From positions 30,388 to 94,387 of the forward strand of contig JAQGDQ010000058.1 of assembly GCA_030141605.1 (NCBI GenBank): a stretch of DNA of 64,000 nt. The letters are read 5' to 3'. Positions 61,882-64,000 of the stretch are shown here, piece after piece (the first letter of the stretch is position 1; each line of letters starts with the position of its first letter). The position numbers and the translations under genes are program-made. The stretch comes from Tubiluchus corallicola (lineage: Eukaryota > Animalia > Priapulida). Under the pieces are notes generated by a model. It did no database searches and was not told the origin of the DNA. It saw nothing but the letters and a program-made list of their open reading frames with translations.

Positions 61882-63817
61882 CTGGTAAATTGTACTTTAT
61901 TGCACATGTAATCACTCGACTACATATCCAAAGAGTTTTTTGTTAGTTCACTTAAATAAAAAATAATTACGTACTGCTTTTATGTAGTTACCTAATTCAT
62001 TCCGCTACTTCTAAATTATTATTATAACTAATTTCTAACAATTGTAATTTATGGCTATTGTATGCAGGCCTGGAAGTGTATTATGTTATTCTGCATCAAT
62101 AAAGTTGCCTAGAAATCACATTGCGCTTTAGAGAAGGATTACCTGGCGCACTTTGATAGAAAGCAATTTAGTGAAGGATAGTATTAGAAGTGATAGTATT
62201 AGAAGACTCAAGAATAATATGTTGTTTATTTATAATAGTTATTGTGTTGTGATGCACTCATTGCAGTTGCCTTTACTAAACACATTCAACTGCGCTGTAT
62301 TGCTTTGCAATGCGCTGTGTTATTCTGCATCTTAAGACAATGTTATTTGCACACCATATACATTACCCTACGCTTTGTATTGTTCGTGTTACTTACCTGG
62401 CATGTAGCTGTTCTCACAGGCATTTCTGATTCAGAATCACAAGCAGAGAAAGATAGCTCGGTAAATCAAGTTTACTGAACGAATTATTTAATATGATAAT
62501 GTAGATCAAAACCATTTCTATTCGCTATCTTATACTCTCTGTATATGAGTATTCATGTAATTACTTATTAAAATACACATTGTTTAACAGCCAAGAAAAC
62601 GTTTGTAATGCTTCACGCATTAAATCGATGAAGAATGAATAATAAGTTCAAGCTGTTCGGTCACGTGAACTTGTTGTTTTTTCTGGGTGCCCTTCTCAGA
62701 AACTTCTAATGAGCTACAGTGCAGCAAAGAGAGATCTACAGTCGTGTTACATGTTTTTAAACGCTCATACAGGAACACAAATATAGCTGCTACAAGCAAG
62801 AACAATTTTCATCTTAGCGTCCATGTGTAAAAACGCCACGTTCGGCACGTTTTTTCAGCACCTAATGGATTTCATTTTCAACGTAAATTTTGTTTGTGGC
62901 GACAACAGTAGATTTATGTGCGAAATCTTCACGTATTTTCTATTAGCTCGGGTTAAATTGAAGTTTTGTAAAGGCTGCTATTGAGTCACTCTCTAACAAG
63001 CTGTTGAGCTGACAAACTGATGCATATCCACATTTCAGGTTTTGAACCGAAATTGCATTTTATGATTGTCTTGCTGGTTTTTGCATTGAATAACTAACTT
63101 TGACTTGCATGCTGTACGCACAACAACACATTAAATTAGCCAACAGCTTTTCTTGTACTTTTTAAGAAGTTTGAGTTATTAGGTCTTGTGTCGACAAGCA
63201 ATTGTACAATGTAATAAAAGAAACTAAGATTAATGAGCATTCAAAAACGATATCCAGTTCTTAGGCCGTCACGCATCGCAGGTTCTAGTCACAAGTTGAC
63301 TTAAACAAAAGTGGAATAATCACTCAATTGGAAATTACTACAAAGTCAGCCAAAAATCTTTCCCAATTTAAGTCCAATGCAACTACGGAATGTTTAAACT
63401 TCATAATGAAAGATCAATCAATCAAAAATGTCGATTTTGTTTAGGAATAAACTCTGGCTGGATGCGTGTCAACGCCCTAAAAATTTCGGAAACATAAGAT
63501 CTACGTTCACACTAAAAACCTCTTTGCTCTGATGGGATAACGGCTTGCTTTCGTTAAAAACTGTTCAGTTTATTCTGTACATTAGATCAGACTTCTTCAA
63601 AGTCTTCTGCCTATGTGAACAGTGCCTATGTAATTGCGTTAATCATAAAATGCGTGAACAAAATACGTAGCATAGTGCAGTTTTTTAGCTGTTGCATTAA
63701 GATCATTGATTATTAGGATTTACATCTTTTAAACGTTTTTTAAAGAGTTTAATCACAGACCAAAGGGCCACCACCCGACAGACTCAGGGAGTTGATTAAA
63801 TAATTAAAAATATTCAA

Positions 63818-64000
63818 TTATTATTATTATTATTATATTACATTATATTATTATTAATTGTTATTATATTATATTATATTATATTATATTATATTATATT
63901 ATATTATATTATATTATATTATATTATATTATATTATATTATATTATATTATATTATATTATATTATATTATATTATATTATATTATATTATATTATATT
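63818..64000. repeat. (ATT)n grading into (ATATT)n microsatellite, runs off the window end
   Basis: Direct reading. Confidence 0.95.

Noticed and set aside
62390-62402. U1 snRNA 5' end (TACTTACCTGGCA)
   Set aside because: Similarity stops after 13 nt with no U1 stem-loops or Sm site; better explained as a consensus splice donor on the minus strand.

Overview
AT-rich animal genomic DNA, probably an invertebrate and plausibly a protostome. It is not prokaryotic, so most short ORFs in the supplied track are spurious. I reconstructed four protein-coding genes from GT-AG splice sites. (1) A septin-7 orthologue on +, with 11 coding exons from 5041 to 16009; its 5' exons lie upstream of the window. 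(2) A convergent BTB-BACK-Kelch gene (KLHL26-like) on -, with its CDS in one exon, 19433-21229. (3) A C19orf12/nazo-like gene on -, with two coding exons (139 aa). (4) A thyrotropin-releasing hormone receptor-like GPCR on -, with two coding exons (369 aa). The rest is intron and intergenic DNA rich in mobile-element debris: two solo LTRs with target-site duplications (31700-32400, 51865-52292), two pogo/Tigger deletion derivatives, CR1/L2/RT and Penelope GIY-YIG fragments, Harbinger- and hAT-like MITEs, and mini- and microsatellites. The most unusual signal is an array of five 28-nt hairpins with compensatory stem changes, lying between the TATA box and the poly(A) signal of the first solo LTR. 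Other leads are an RBFOX-motif-rich last septin intron with alternative terminal acceptors, a spliced uORF whose stop overlaps the kelch start codon, and a decayed unknown ORF ending in a mucin-like repeat. No database search or folding was run, so family calls rest on recognised motifs.
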